From positions 40,920,001-40,984,000 of the forward strand of contig NW_026262582.1 of NCBI RefSeq assembly GCF_021869535.1: a stretch of DNA of 64,000 nucleotides, in the 5' to 3' direction. This stretch comes from Mytilus californianus. Lineage: Eukaryota. The notes beneath the pieces were generated by a model. It made no database searches and was not told where the DNA came from. It saw only the letters and a program-made list of their open reading frames with translations. This document shows positions 50,871-64,000 of this stretch, in pieces. Made by a program: the position numbers and the translations under genes. Numbering within the stretch: position 1 is the first letter of the stretch; every line of letters begins with the position of its first letter.

Positions 50871-51215
50871 ATTTATTTATTAAAATTTAGTATAAATGAT
50901 GCAGCATTTCATTTAGAAATCAATGAGTGATTGTAATAGAATAACTAGACAAAATGTAAGATAGTTATAGTTTGATTTGATTAATACATTTCATTATGAT
51001 AAAACAGCGCCAGTTATCATTTTAGAAATGTAACATCTGTTAAAAGAATTAGTTATTGCCCTTTGTACGCTGCACGTTTATTTGTTGTATATTATATATG
51101 TGTTATGTGTAAACTTACAGGTTAAAATGAAGTAATTATTTACATAGGCGACAATGGTTTTGGGTCCTGCGTTTTTACTATAAAAGATCCGTTGATAAAA
51201 CTGTCAAATTCTGTA

Positions 51216-51301
51216 ATAGTTATACACCGAGGGATAGGTGTGTCTGGATAAGAAACCCCGTCGGCCGTCGGCCGGAGGCCGTATCCCGAGGTGTATAACT
51301 A
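51216..51301. mobile_element. Short fold-back element
   Basis: TAGTTATACACCGAGGGATA and TATCCCGAGGTGTATAACTA form a 20-bp inverted repeat with two mismatches, around a GGCCGTCGGCCGGAGGCC core. Confidence 0.5.
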
Positions 51302-54300
51302 ACTTACACCCCATTCTAAACCCTATATTTGTTAACATTGATTATTAAATGAGAAAAAAACCGATAGCATATCAAGCCATGATTTATAAGAATTTTTTTT
51401 TTTATTACATGAAACCCCACTAGTAACCTTTCTTTGGTTATCTTCGTTCAGACTTTGACAAGTGAGTATATTTTACAAATGTCAAAGTTGTTTTGCATAT
51501 TCCCGTTAAATCCTGTGCTAATATGGATCAGCAGGTTAAGGTTGAATGTTTCGTGTATTCTTATTACAAACAAAAAATACATCATGCTCCTTGTATGCAG
51601 TTGTTAATATGGACGAGTACAAGACGGGCGACATTTTGTGGCAAGCGTTGGATTTGGTAGAAGAGACTTAAGATAAAGGCAATATTATAACCCAAATTAC
51701 TTACCTGTATCAGTGTAATAAAGGTAATCATAACTGTATTTTATATCTTACGGTTTTATAACCCCCCCCCCCCTTCTTCTCGAGAATAAACAAACATTCA
51801 TATTCGGACATGCTAAGGGATAGGTGTGACTCGACTATCAGACACGCTCAACATACAAAGGTACAGATTTAATATTTAGGAACTCCCTTTTTGGGGGCAA
51901 ACAGGGGCTGATCCAGCTGGGGGTTCCCAACTCAAGAGAAAAAAGGGGGGAGGGGTCCAACCATTCAAATGCATTGATCTTTTAAATAAAAGTCGGGTCC
52001 AAACCGCGGTACCCCCACCCCCAGATCGGCCAATGGGTAACCGGGGGGGGGGGGGGGGGGATACCCGGGAGTTAGAATCCCCATTTTATTAAAAGACCAA
52101 TGCTTTAGAATAGAGACATATAACTGGGATAAAAAATCACCTTCAAGATAAGGAGTATTTAAAGGATTATTTTTGTATTCAAAATAGATGCTTAATTTTT
52201 TTTTCGCTATTGGAATTTCCTAAAATGTGTTTTTTTTTATATCTTGAAACAATTTGTAGTGAACACTATTAGTAATTTCTTATGTTCATGCTATTTAAAA
52301 AATAATCAATGTCTATTGTTACGAATAACAATGGACTTTGTTTGCGGGATGTAGAAGCAGGAGTTTCCAGAAACCCCGCTCGTCACACCCTGTGGTCAAA
52401 ATCCTTTGTTATTCGTAACAATAGATCTATTCAATTTACACATGTTTCATAAATAGAAACTATGACGTATAACAATAGAACTGGGGTGTAAGAATTATTA
52501 ACACCTTTGGGTGTGACTTTGGGTGTGAATAAAACTGCAAACACATATGGTGCCGCAGCTTTTTTGATAGAAAAATGGCATTTTTAAGGGTACTCAACGG
52601 TTCCGGAAATCTTCGAAATAGTATGAATGATGAACACTCCTTGCTTAATTTTGCACAGAAAATGTTGCTCGTCATAGAGAGTTTCCTCCAAATTTCTCGC
52701 TATTTCTACACCAATGGCCAACACTCATTTCTCCCTATTTCAGTTTTGTTTTCTAATTACCAGGGCAGCAGAAAATAAATTTACTTCTACCTATTATCTA
52801 GGGTGTAAAATCTAGGTGGCGCCAGTCATCTTTAATTACTTCCTTTAAACCTACAGGGTTATTTATTTTTACATTTCAAATGCAGATTATATGCATCTAT
52901 GAACCCTAGACGATTTTTTATACTGCCACAGAATCTGGTAATAGCATTTTTCAATTTCAATGCTTATACCATAAAATGATACATTAAAATAATACTAAAT
53001 TCTGATTCGTGACATTGAAGACTGTCTACAGGTCAGTATTTTGCTTCATTCAAAATCAATGTGCATCAAGGTTTCCTGTAAAAACAAAAACAAACAAAAA
53101 ACAAACAAACAGCATTTTAGCAAGCAAAGCAAATATCATGCATTTTTATTGAAATAAACTTGAAATGAAATAAAAAAATTGAACTTGAGAACAGCAATAA
53201 ATTAAGCAGGAGACAAATGTGCATTGCGAAAGTTCAACTTTAATTCACATGAATTAATGATGCTAGTACCTGATGCATATTGTCAAAAACAGCCCATATT
53301 TATGTAACAAAGGTACTCTACTTTCCAATTAATAGCTAAAAGTTTTCATTTTTGACAAATTTGTAAAAGTGCTATATTTTGGGGTCAGATAGGGATCTTT
53401 CCGCGCCTAGTCCTTAGGCATTTAATAATTCTCGTTCGAATTGTTTCACCTTTTTTATGTCGGACATTTTATAGCGGACTATGCGGTATGCGTTTTTCAC
53501 ATTAATGAAGGCCGTACAGTGACATTTCAAGAATGTAATGATGTCCTTGTCATGTGATATTGTAATAACATGACATATACATTTGGTAAAATATTTGCAT
53601 AACTTAAACAAATAACTTAAATACAGGATTGTGCCATTCAACTTTATTTTTTCAAATTTCATTCTTCAGTGAAATTTCAGTTACAATAATTGTAGAAGCC
53701 TCAGCTCTGAATAGGTTTTTGCCCGAACAAAATTGTAATTTAATATACTATTAAAGTTAAATGCAAAATGCATGATAAAATGTATAAAGACCCATCTGAA
53801 ATAGAAAGACAAATGTCTCATTAGAGAAAAACTTCTACATTTGTTTTTAGTATATTGTAGGTTTAAAAAGTTGACACCTACAAGTATGTGCTTAAAGGCC
53901 AATTTCATATAAAAATAAATTTTGTACTTATATACTAAAAAACCCAAAGACAAGTTTAACAAACATATTCATTTGATATAATATTGCATTTGTAGAAATT
54001 GGTTAACAAACAGTGAATAGTGATTCTTTATGCCCAAGATAATGTTTGAAGATTATGAATTTTAACCATCGCATGAAAAAAGAGTCTTTCATGATAGCGC
54101 ATGAATTGGTAATTTGCATCAGTCTTCGCGCTTTGTGACAAACATACAAGCCCAGACTGGTTATTTATACTATTGGGCCTGTAAGAGTGTTTACTACAAA
54201 ATCTACACAAAAATTTCCAAAAATAAGCGAAATGTTTGACCTTTTGCTGCAAAAGTTCACTGTGAAGACTGATGTATATCTACATAATTGTATTTGCCAT

Positions 54301-54667
54301 TATTTGCACTAAATATACAGTTTTATATAATGTTTTATTATCATAATTTACCTCACTATGCATGTCACACTTTGTTTTGAAGATGTTTTAATCAATTATG
54401 TGATAGAACTGTTAGCTTTAGTTAGGATATTAAAAAAAAACATTTACTTCAAACTTAATGAGACAAATACTGTAAGGTTTCGATTTCCTGCACCAAAGCA
54501 TCTATGGCTTTAGAAAAAACCCACAATGATTATTGGTAGATAGTATATATATATATATATACATAAAAAAATTGGCGTCCGTTCGTGTAAAGTATAGATA
54601 TTGTGCTGGGAAGTATCACGATTCTTTAAATTAATAAATGGCGATTTCATTTTTTATTGATAGTTAT

Positions 54668-54874
54668 CTAAACTAATAGACCAGAGACTCTGTAGTCGAC
54701 GTCCTTGAAATGGGAGGCACAAACAACGTCATGTTTCCCTGGATTCTGTAGACTTTTTTTGGTAGAGTCACGTCTTTTTATCGCAATCTTCCATTTAAGC
54801 TGTAATTTTCTTTCCTCAGGAAACTTATGACTCCCTGCATTTCTACATCTGTGTACATTACAGTAATGTGGTAT
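54668..54874 (-). pseudogene. THAP DNA-binding domain remnant (probable transposase N-terminus)
   Basis: With ATA in place of ATG and one frameshift, it reads (M)PHYCNVHRCRNAGSHKFPEERKLQLKWKIAIK-RRDSTKKSLQNPGKHDVVCASHFKDVDYR. This gives the C2CH signature plus the conserved FP, W and HF residues. Confidence 0.8.
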
Positions 54875-55674
54875 CTTTTAAACTCGCGGTGTCTACATTG
54901 ACTACAATACGGTGCTTTTAGGATGGAGCACGAGGAGTTCCGAAAGTATAACTGATGGAACAAAACGCAACCTGTTTGCGAAAAAACGTAGGTTGAGACC
55001 ATTCGATTACAAATTATTTAAAAATATGAATCTTTACTCAGGATGTTGATATCGCACGTTATTGGTTAATCTTTTGGTAAACATGAAATATAAAACTTTC
55101 AAGTTGGCATATTATGAACGGCAAATCAGATCAAATCAAAAGCTTTATTTAAAGTCGGTATGTCACAAAACAATAACATAAGCTCTTTCGGGTTTTTATA
55201 ACCGACAAATACATATATGTACACAATATACATGCAGTATACTGATATTAAAACATAAAACATATAGTTCATGCACGGTGAGACAAGGCCGTAATAAGTT
55301 AAATACTACACATTATATGCATGCATGTGCCCTAAGCTAAAAGTAACATTAAAGCATCAAACATAAAACATTAAAACACAGCAATCACAAATTATTAAAT
55401 AATAAGCAAATAAAACACAATTTAGAGTGGAAGTATAATAAGTAGCACTACTATGTTTCAAAGCTGTAACATAAAACATAAAAATAGATATTAAACACAT
55501 GCATTGCAATGGCGTGAGATGCCATTCCATGAGTTTATTAGACGCTTGAATTGAGTAAAAGAGGTTTCAGTTCTAAAGCGGTTTTGCAACTCATTTCATA
55601 GTTTTGCTGCAGAGTATCTGAATGATTGCAAGCCACATACCTTGTAGTTCTAACTGCAGGCATTTCAGTATATA

Positions 55675-56335
55675 TAAAAAAGAAGATGTGGTATGATTCC
55701 CAATGAGAAAACTCTCCACAAGAGACCAAATAACACAGAAATTAACAACTATAGGTCACCGTACGGCCTTCAACAATGAGCAAAGCCCATACCACATAGT
55801 CAGCTTTAAAAGGCCCCGAAATGACAAATGTAAAACAATTCAAACCAGAAAACTAACGGCCTAATTTATGTACAAAATAATGAACGAAAAACAAATATGT
55901 AACACAGCAACAAACGACAACCTCTGAATTACAGGCTCCTGACTTGGGACAGGCACACTCAAAATGTGGCGGGGTTAAACTAGTTTGAAGGCGCCAACCC
56001 TCTCCTTAACCTGGGACAGTGATGTAACAGTACAATATAAGAACAAACTATAAAAATCAGTTGAAAAAGGCATTACTCATCAGATGGATACAAATAGAAA
56101 TACATCTAACAAAAACACAGAGTGGACGTGGACGGTTACTTGTACACACAAACAACAAAAAGACACTAAGTACAGATCTGAGAGTACCCGCAGTTATTGA
56201 CAGCTAGTTCAAAGCCAATAACAACTAATAAAAAAACCCATGCATATAAGACTAAATTATCAATCAGTACACATCCAACATCCAATGGATTTAGTGTAAA
56301 GACGTCATAAACAGTCAGAGAAAAACATGACTTTG
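55675..56335 (-). mobile_element. High-copy repeat, longer copy
   Basis: AGATGTGGTATGATT..CAATGAG end, GGTCACCGTACGGCCTTCAACAATGAG and CAGGCTCCTGACTTGGGACAGGCAC; homologous to 2462-3100. Confidence 0.8.
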
Positions 56336-58122
56336 TGAAGTTTTATATCTGAAAGAATATTTTGTTTCTTTAATATAAAAATAAGGAGATGTGGTATGAT
56401 TGCCGATGAGACAACTATACAACAAAGTTCAAATAAAGTGGATATAAAATTTAATGGTTATTATTATATATAATAATATGTAGGTATATTGGATTTTCTT
56501 TATTTACTGTTCTAAATACCTCTATTGCCATGATTCTTTGGCGTCTTACTTTAAGAGATGCCTTTTTTTTTAAATTTTTTTCAAAAATAAATCATCATAT
56601 GTGTTATTGTAATCCTGGGAAATGAAGCGGAGTGCTCTTTCTTGTACTTTTTCAATGTTTGGAAGAGAACGAGTCTATCAGAGCCAAACTGTCTTTTTCA
56701 AGTTTAGAAATAATTGTGTTTATATCCCTGTTTGCAATAGTAGTATCGAACGTATTACCTGTTTTACTTATAAGTGACAAATGCAGGTCAATCAAGCTTA
56801 TGCTAATACCATAATAAAATGTCAATTTTATCTTATTTCGGACGCGTTTTAAAATCGCTCGAAATTTTAAACACTTGGGAGTTTTAAAAAAGAAAGCAAT
56901 ACGACACAAAAAAAAAGTAAGATGGAAATCGTGATTTCAACAGAATATAGTTGAAATTTATGTAAATAATAAGTCTTTAGTTACACAATTGCAAAAGATG
57001 AAAATTGTTCATGATAAACTAACTAGTTAGCATATTTTTATCTTGTATTAAATAGACGCTAAGGGTGGGTTGGAGTTCATTATTTGAACATTCGATGTCC
57101 AAGCAGTGTTTAAAATCGCTCGAATATTAGGACTTGACGTTAGTAACAAAACATAAAATTCCAACCCAGTTGATAGCTTTAAAGATGCACTGAAAAGAAG
57201 AGCGATGACACCAGCGTCAAGGAAGTACCTGTCGTACAGGTCGCTATCTATTTATATTAATGTTAATATCGGATTATATGACCGTCGGCAGTCTTCGGAG
57301 GTCATCTCGATGATACTAGATCGCGTCTGGCCTAAAATACGTACGAAATGCTGATACATTATAGAGAGCCCATGCACAGTTAGTTTCTTTTGGACTTTTT
57401 GTAATTTTATCGTTTTAGTTTGTTATAAATAATATAGGATTTTTGTCAAATCGGTGAACATTAAGTTGACTGCTAAGGCACTGTGGTAGAAAATTAATTA
57501 TAGCAATTGACTGCTTAAAAACATTATTTCTTGATGAATTAGATTGTTATTGTTGTTTCTTCAGCTAATGAAATCCAAACAGTATTCAGAATATTTTCCT
57601 TTTACGTAAGATTTGAATATGCAGTTGAAAGTGCGTGATTACATTATTCAGATCATCACATGTTGAACCTGCCAACTCGTCCCCTAGTCGAGGATTCCGA
57701 TCGTCGCTAAAAAAGATTGAACAAGAATCATATGCTAACTCATCCCCACTGATAGAACGAGTTGCTTTTGTCCAAAAATAAATTGACATGTAACCTTTAC
57801 CGACTAGATAAACAATTATGTCAAACAGCTATTTTCATTTCATTAAAAGCTAGTTCAAAATGGTCAAGAATACAATGTAAATACGCTCATCTTTTATCAA
57901 TGTATTTTTTCAGTGGTATCTTTTGTCTCAGTGCTCTTTTAGAATTACAGTTTATTAGGTAAATAGTCTCAATGTCACTCATCCGTATTTCATTAATAGT
58001 AATAGATTTTCAGGGTTCACACATTGGTCATTTAGATTACAATCAGTATAAAAATACTATTGAAATTCTATGATTTGAATAAATATTGAAGAGAAATTTG
58101 TACTACAAGACTGTCCCATGTT

Positions 58123-58430
58123 AGGGGAGGGTTGAGCGTTCACAAACATGTTTAACCCCGCCACATTCTTTATGTGCCTGTCCTAAGTCAGGAGCCTGTA
58201 GTTCAGTGGTTGTCGTTGGTTCATGTCGGTCATATTTGTTTTTCGTAAATTGTTTTGTTATAAGTTTGGCCGTTAGTTTTCTCAATTGAATTGGTTCATA
58301 TTTTTCATGTCGGTGCTTTTTATAGCCGACTATACGGTATGGGGTTTTCTCATTGTTGAAAGCCGTACGGTTGCCTATAATTGCTTACACCCACTTCATT
58401 TGAACTTGGGGGTATAGTTGTCTCATCGGC
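58123..58430 (+). mobile_element. High-copy repeat, near-identical to 46744-47026
   Basis: Direct visual alignment. Confidence 0.85.
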
Positions 58431-61400
58431 ATGACAATGAACGTTGACAGACTAAAACTTCCGAACAAACGGCATCTATTTACAAGATTTAAAGCATCAA
58501 CATACGGTTGAAATGTAAACTGTGAAATCTGCAGACATCAATTTTGAATCTAAATCACTTGTTTGGGACCCTAAAAGGGTTTGCTTTTGCTGGTTCTGCA
58601 AAGAACTTTCTTTTCCAAAGTGCACTAGAAACAACGATAGGCCATTACAACAATGTTTGTTGAAAAATCTGCACCGGAGTTATAGCATTTGGTTGATTGA
58701 TTGTTGGTTGGTAAAAAACCTAAATCTGCCATATCATTTAGAAATGTTTCACCCTTTACAAAATAAGCGGGTTTTTTTATCTTTCATAAAAAAAAAACTT
58801 TTAAACCCCCCTTTTTTCCTATATATTGCTGGAATAATCCTTATAGAGCAAATGTGACATTAAGAACTAAAATTTGGTAAAAGGAATACTGCATTCATGT
58901 TTCTTTTGTCTTTTTTATTCGAAAATAAGAGGGGAATGCTTAAAAAATAAATCCAAAATAGAATAACAGCCCCTGACAAATCGTTTTTGGCAAAGCTGTA
59001 TACCATATACGCGCTGATATAGATATAGATATAGATAACGATATTTTATATGTTTCATCATTGCAATATCAGAAATTAAACAAACAAGTTGCTTTCTTTA
59101 AAAAAAGAAAAGCAGTACGTGAACCCAAGACCGCTGACTGGTCACCAAAAACATTGTTGCTGAATTTTTGTTTGCTTTTGAATTGAAATAATTGACTGTA
59201 AATAGAATAAGATACTGATGATGTTAAAACACCTTTATTTAAAATATGTAATTGTGTGTAGGTTCTAGCACAAGTCAGTTGAAAGCAATGTTGGGTAGTT
59301 GTAAATAGAAAAGTGTATATATACAGCTACTACTTGAATTTATATTTAAAGGCTCTACTATTTTATTTATTTCTTGGGAGTGTACATCATTTTTAATCCT
59401 ATTGCAAATCCCAGTTCCTGCAAACCGGATGTCTAATGCAAATTTTTGCTTTATAAAATTAATTTAATTCCTTAATTTTCTTCATGCTTTCTGACATTTT
59501 CCCATGCTATGATCAAGGATTTGTATTATGATTGAAATACAAAAATATATCAAATGATAAACGTTCAGAAATAATCAGTTTATTTTGGGACATTATATAT
59601 CAATAAACTATTCCCATGTTTATTGTCACAATGCACAACAGCACGCTTATTAAATACTACACACACACAACGCGTACAGGGACCGTCTCAAAGCATGAAT
59701 TATATAATAGTGTTTTCATTATACTTGGTATTTAATAAACATTCACATTATTAAAAACACATACGTTTTGTCAAAAGGGAAATAGGTTCTAACATATAAA
59801 TGATTTTTTGACTGCAATCTAGTCATTATTGTTTTACTTTCCAATCTACAAATGAACTTTGATTGTTAAAACATACAATGTCACGTGGTAGCCTATCTAT
59901 AGAGGGACCGTATCAAAGACATACATGTAGATAACTACCTGTATAAATAATCAAATATTTTTGAAACGTTCCGAGAATCTTCATTCCGAGGATATCGAAT
60001 GGCCCATAGACACTTCCAAAACTCACCAATATATAGGCGTGAACCCCTCAGGGGGTTCACGCAAAAATATTTGTATAGGTTATCTATGAAACTATTCATC
60101 TTGAATAATACTCGGTTTTTTTTTAGCAAAATTAAGAAAAGAGTAGAACAGAACAACAGACAAATAGGTGAAGAGGTTAGGCATTTTTTATATAAATTAA
60201 TTCAAAGATTTAAAAAACTAAACAAAGCAATGTTTACCGGTAATATATATCTAAAATAATTATTTTGTTATTGAAATTCATCAAATGAAAAAAAAACACA
60301 TTTTTTAATACTACATGCTGGTATGCTCCTACAAAAATCTATTCAAAAGAACAGCATAGTGTAATATATGGATTAATAGCAATCTAAAATATTATTCCTG
60401 AGTCATATACAGAATTAATTCAGAAATTAATGGTTATAATAGTTATGTCCCTTTGACGTTCACTCAAAACAGATGTACATGTAGTTAAATACACACTTCA
60501 AATGTTTCATTAATCTGTCAAAATAGTATCATAATTATAAAGAACAATGTCTTACATATCCATATATTTCAAAAGCATACCTAATCCATAACCTTAGAAC
60601 TCACCATTTTAATATAAAAAAATATATGCCAAAGCCAAATGCCCTGTGCCAAATATTTCCCAAAACATATTCACAAAAACATCGATTGACATGTCCTGTA
60701 TGGTTGATGAGAAAAAGACAAAATTTTTAAGAAAAAAAATCCTTTATTTGGGCTTAAGATAGGACAATAAGAAATAACAAAAAAATAATTGTTATCGGTC
60801 CAAACATTGATGTTGTTATCTTTATATGAAATTAACTATAATTGCTATATCATGAATACAGCTATGAACATTTCCGGTCCTACATTCTATCGATACTTTT
60901 ATGTTTGCACTGTACTTATAGATTATCGTTGGTCATCTCAACGAGATTGATTTTCTCGCTTGAGCCAGTACAGCGAAAGTGAGAAAAACAATCATATTGA
61001 AATGACTAACTATAATCTGTTTATCGCTATTTTACCTATGACGACGTTGTTAATTTCATTGACAACGGCACGTGCGCCCTTAGTTTCTAGTGATAATTTT
61101 TCATATCACTCTACTGTCCTGAGAAAGGTAATTATCAGTCAGTAAGATCAAAGGAAAATTTCGTAACATAGCGATAAATTAATTTACCATGTTTTTCTTT
61201 GACTGTTCTATCGCAAGCGAAGATATATACAATATATGACAAACAAAAGACAGCAGAGAACAATAGCATACAATAATATAACGAGAATATATGTGATCTT
61301 ATTTCCAAGCTGCTATTGAATAATTGCACAGTTTTACTGTCAGAACTTTACAACGAGCTTGTAACAAATTATCTAATTTGTAACGATTTGGCCATGAAAG

Positions 61401-63404
61401 TAATAATAAATTAAAATTATATTCACACAGATCTATGTGCTGGACAAGATAAAACAAAATGATATTCGTCCTGAAAAACATTCATATTGCAACATATACA
61501 GATTCTTTTTTCTCTTTGTGTGTTTTGATTACGACTAACTTCAACATTTACTTACGCCTAATTAATTTTACCTTTATTTGTATCTTCATACGAAAGTTTA
61601 GGTTTATTAGTTATATTACAAACCTGTTCGTGCATTTTTCATTGTTATTCAATACAAAATAATTATTTAAGATACCTGGGACGATCTCATTTCATAAAGA
61701 ATCTCTTTTGTTTACTTATTGTACCTCAAACTTATTAACCCGGTGTAGGTCTTTAAGTTGAGGTTCAATTTACTAAAAGTTAATCGGGCATAACTAATTA
61801 GACACGCCCTCTTAGAATCAGGGGGTCCAAAATGGGATCGGGAAAAAACAGCCCGCGAAATTCCATAATTTACAATTTCAGAGATTCCAAGTGCTTTTGG
61901 TTGATTATCTCCGATCAATAATCAGACGGTATTTGAGTGGAAAAACAAACTTGTCCGAAACCGGGAAATGTTTATTTATTTATTTAATTTTTTCTATCAA
62001 ATTATTGTTCATTTTACTTTGTATTCATGGTATTTTTTTGTCACTCAATTATATCAATTACCTTAAGGTAAAAAATAAATTAATAAAAGCCCAAAAAGGA
62101 GTAAGAGCTTAACTTACGATTTTGATGATGGTTAATTTTTATTCTAGTACGGCATACGTTTTGCCTCTATGCAACGCTCTATCTTATTAAAGTGTCGCTC
62201 TAAAATTGTTATCATTTGCTTCAGGTCGATCCACTTTGCATCTCGTCGTGAACATGCATGACATATTTGCCACTGGACATTAAGGGAGAAATCAATTAAT
62301 CAGCTTTATTTAGTGATGTATAATCATTATTCTTCAATTGATAATTGTCTCAAATTGTTTTCCAATTTTTGTATATTTGATTTTTATTTATATTTGATTT
62401 TGAGTGTAAATTTTATCATTTCTCTCCTCATTTTTGTCTTTGCATTTATTTTTTTTCTAACATAACATAATTGATAATGTCCACATCATGGTTACATTGT
62501 ATCCTATCCAGCCAAACAAGGAAGAAAGGAGTAGAACAGAAAAAAAATCTTCATTGAGTGGCAATAACTCATATCTTGAAGCGTACAACGACGGTAGTCT
62601 CATCTAGGTGACAAAATTTGCTGTGTCGAGTATTTTTTATATCTGGTATAATTGTCATAAAAGCAAAAATGGATAAAAAAATGTTGGCAATAATTTATAG
62701 AAGGATTCAACTTATTTTGGCCGTTTTATCTATTTTTTAGATATTGTCTTACTGGTTTTTTTTTTTTTATTTTTAAGTTTTTTTTCATCTATTATTCTAC
62801 AATTGTCCTTGCAAAAGGCGCAAAAATGTGTTAAAATCAGCCATGCGACTTATTTGAAGATTTAGCTGACTTTTGTTGTTTTTTAAAAGCGTATTTCCCC
62901 CTCAAAGAGTTATTCAAATGGTTCTTTAACGTATAGATAGCGTGAAACTCTCACTACACTAGACAATGGATATACGACATTTCTATTCCGACCGGACAAA
63001 GCTGCGTATTTATACATCCGAACAGCCAAACGGACGCACCCCTGTAGCAAGGGTGAATATTTCTATACCCAAGTCAATCCTTTGGTTTTGAATAAAAGGA
63101 GATAAAGGTATACATTAATGCGACAGCAACCCAACGACACAGAAAAATCAAAACATTAAGAGTCAAAATACAGTCTTTTGTAATAGAAAGATGCCAATAC
63201 AGAATATATAATAAGCTCAAAACTGCCCCATGACTAGAAAATACGGAGTTAATTTAATAATATTTACCGTCAAAGATATCCCAACAGACACAAGTGTTTG
63301 GTTGAAAAATATCACCTGCCCTTTTTTAATTTCGATCGGTGGAAATAAAAGAAGGTGTAATATAAATCAATAGAAGAAAAACATTTCACTGTTTAGTAAC
63401 GGTA

Positions 63405-63762
63405 AAATAAATGATGATAATAGATGACGTCCAGCGGCAAATTAAATGCATATTCAGGACGAAAACATATAAATGTAATATGAATATTAATCCTGCTTTG
63501 TACAAGACGACACGCTGAGCCGGACTTTCAACGTGTAAGTTCACAAGCTAACAGTTCACAGGAAGAAAAGTCACCCTATACCCGGACACATTTCTAACTC
63601 CGAGCCGACCAGTCTGTGCTCTTACTCTTAAATGCCGCGTGTTTAGCGTTGAAACAACAAATACCAATTTTAACGTCTTTGTTGGACCTGGTGTGGATTT
63701 GAACCAACGACCTCCCGCTCTCGAGGCGATCACACTCCCACGAGACCAACGAGGCGAGCGGT
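63405..63762 (-). mobile_element. tRNA-derived SINE (V-SINE/RUDI-like)
   Basis: Minus strand: ACCGC start, A-box-like TGGTCTCGTGG, B box GGTTCAAATCC (63705-63695), then AAAATTGGTATTTGTTG..CGCTAAACACGCGGCATTTAAGAG, the conserved domain I recall for molluscan V-SINEs. 3' end CCTGAATATGCAT..GCCGCTGGACGT. Confidence 0.8.
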
Positions 63763-64000
63763 AGTATAGAATATCATACCAAAAGCTCAAGTACAATACA
63801 CAATACAGTTTCACAGAATTATCACAGTTACTAAAGCGAGCTAAAAGTATCTAACCTAAATTAGATGCCTTAAATGATATTGGAAACTAAACGTAAATAC
63901 CGATGGCCGACTTCAGAGTAGATTTCATTGTTCAACGCTCTCTGCAAATTAAAAACTCTTGTACCAATTATTTGAGGGGTTCGGATGTGGCCAGCTGTTG

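Noticed and set aside
54028-54252. 74-aa minus-strand ORF as part of the ISL2EU transposase
   Set aside because: No motif links it to THAP or DDE_Tnp_4 proteins.
57586-57960. Protein-like minus-strand frame (SISGDELAY...LGDELAGST)
   Set aside because: No recognisable family, neighbouring frames have stops, and there are no convincing splice sites. BLASTX would be needed.
58522-58857. 111-aa ORF
   Set aside because: No domain or splice support; its 3' half runs through low-complexity DNA.
63690-63762. tRNA gene
   Set aside because: A/B boxes are present but there is no full cloverleaf, and it continues into a SINE body.

Overview
AT-rich eukaryotic genomic DNA, most likely a bivalve mollusc. 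The repeat families resemble those I recall from Mytilus; this is an inference, not a database match. There are no prokaryotic features and no CRISPR. The one host gene I can support is a minus-strand ankyrin-repeat gene whose repeats each sit on their own phase-0 exon (634-8961, continuing off the left edge; a possible further exon lies at 27158-27191). The rest is nested transposable elements. (1) A complete but decayed 14-kb CACTA/EnSpm (CMC) element at 9128-23084, with CACTG TIRs and a GT target-site duplication (TSD), whose transposase appears to lie inside an intron of its spliced accessory gene. (2) A second CMC-type element at 29945-38668 (CCCAG TIRs, TT TSD) holding an SGNH-esterase ORF and a decayed CR1-group LINE, whose ORF2 begins with a hydrophobic leader, a 2A-like motif and a PHD finger. 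(3) A shattered ISL2EU-like element (YqaJ, DDE_Tnp_4 and THAP remnants, about 45.7-55.0 kb). (4) Helentron/HINE-like elements with internal tandem arrays, tRNA-derived SINEs, MITEs and fold-back elements. Most ORFs in the supplied track are spurious. I found no convincingly novel system; the best leads are the TE architectures listed in the findings.
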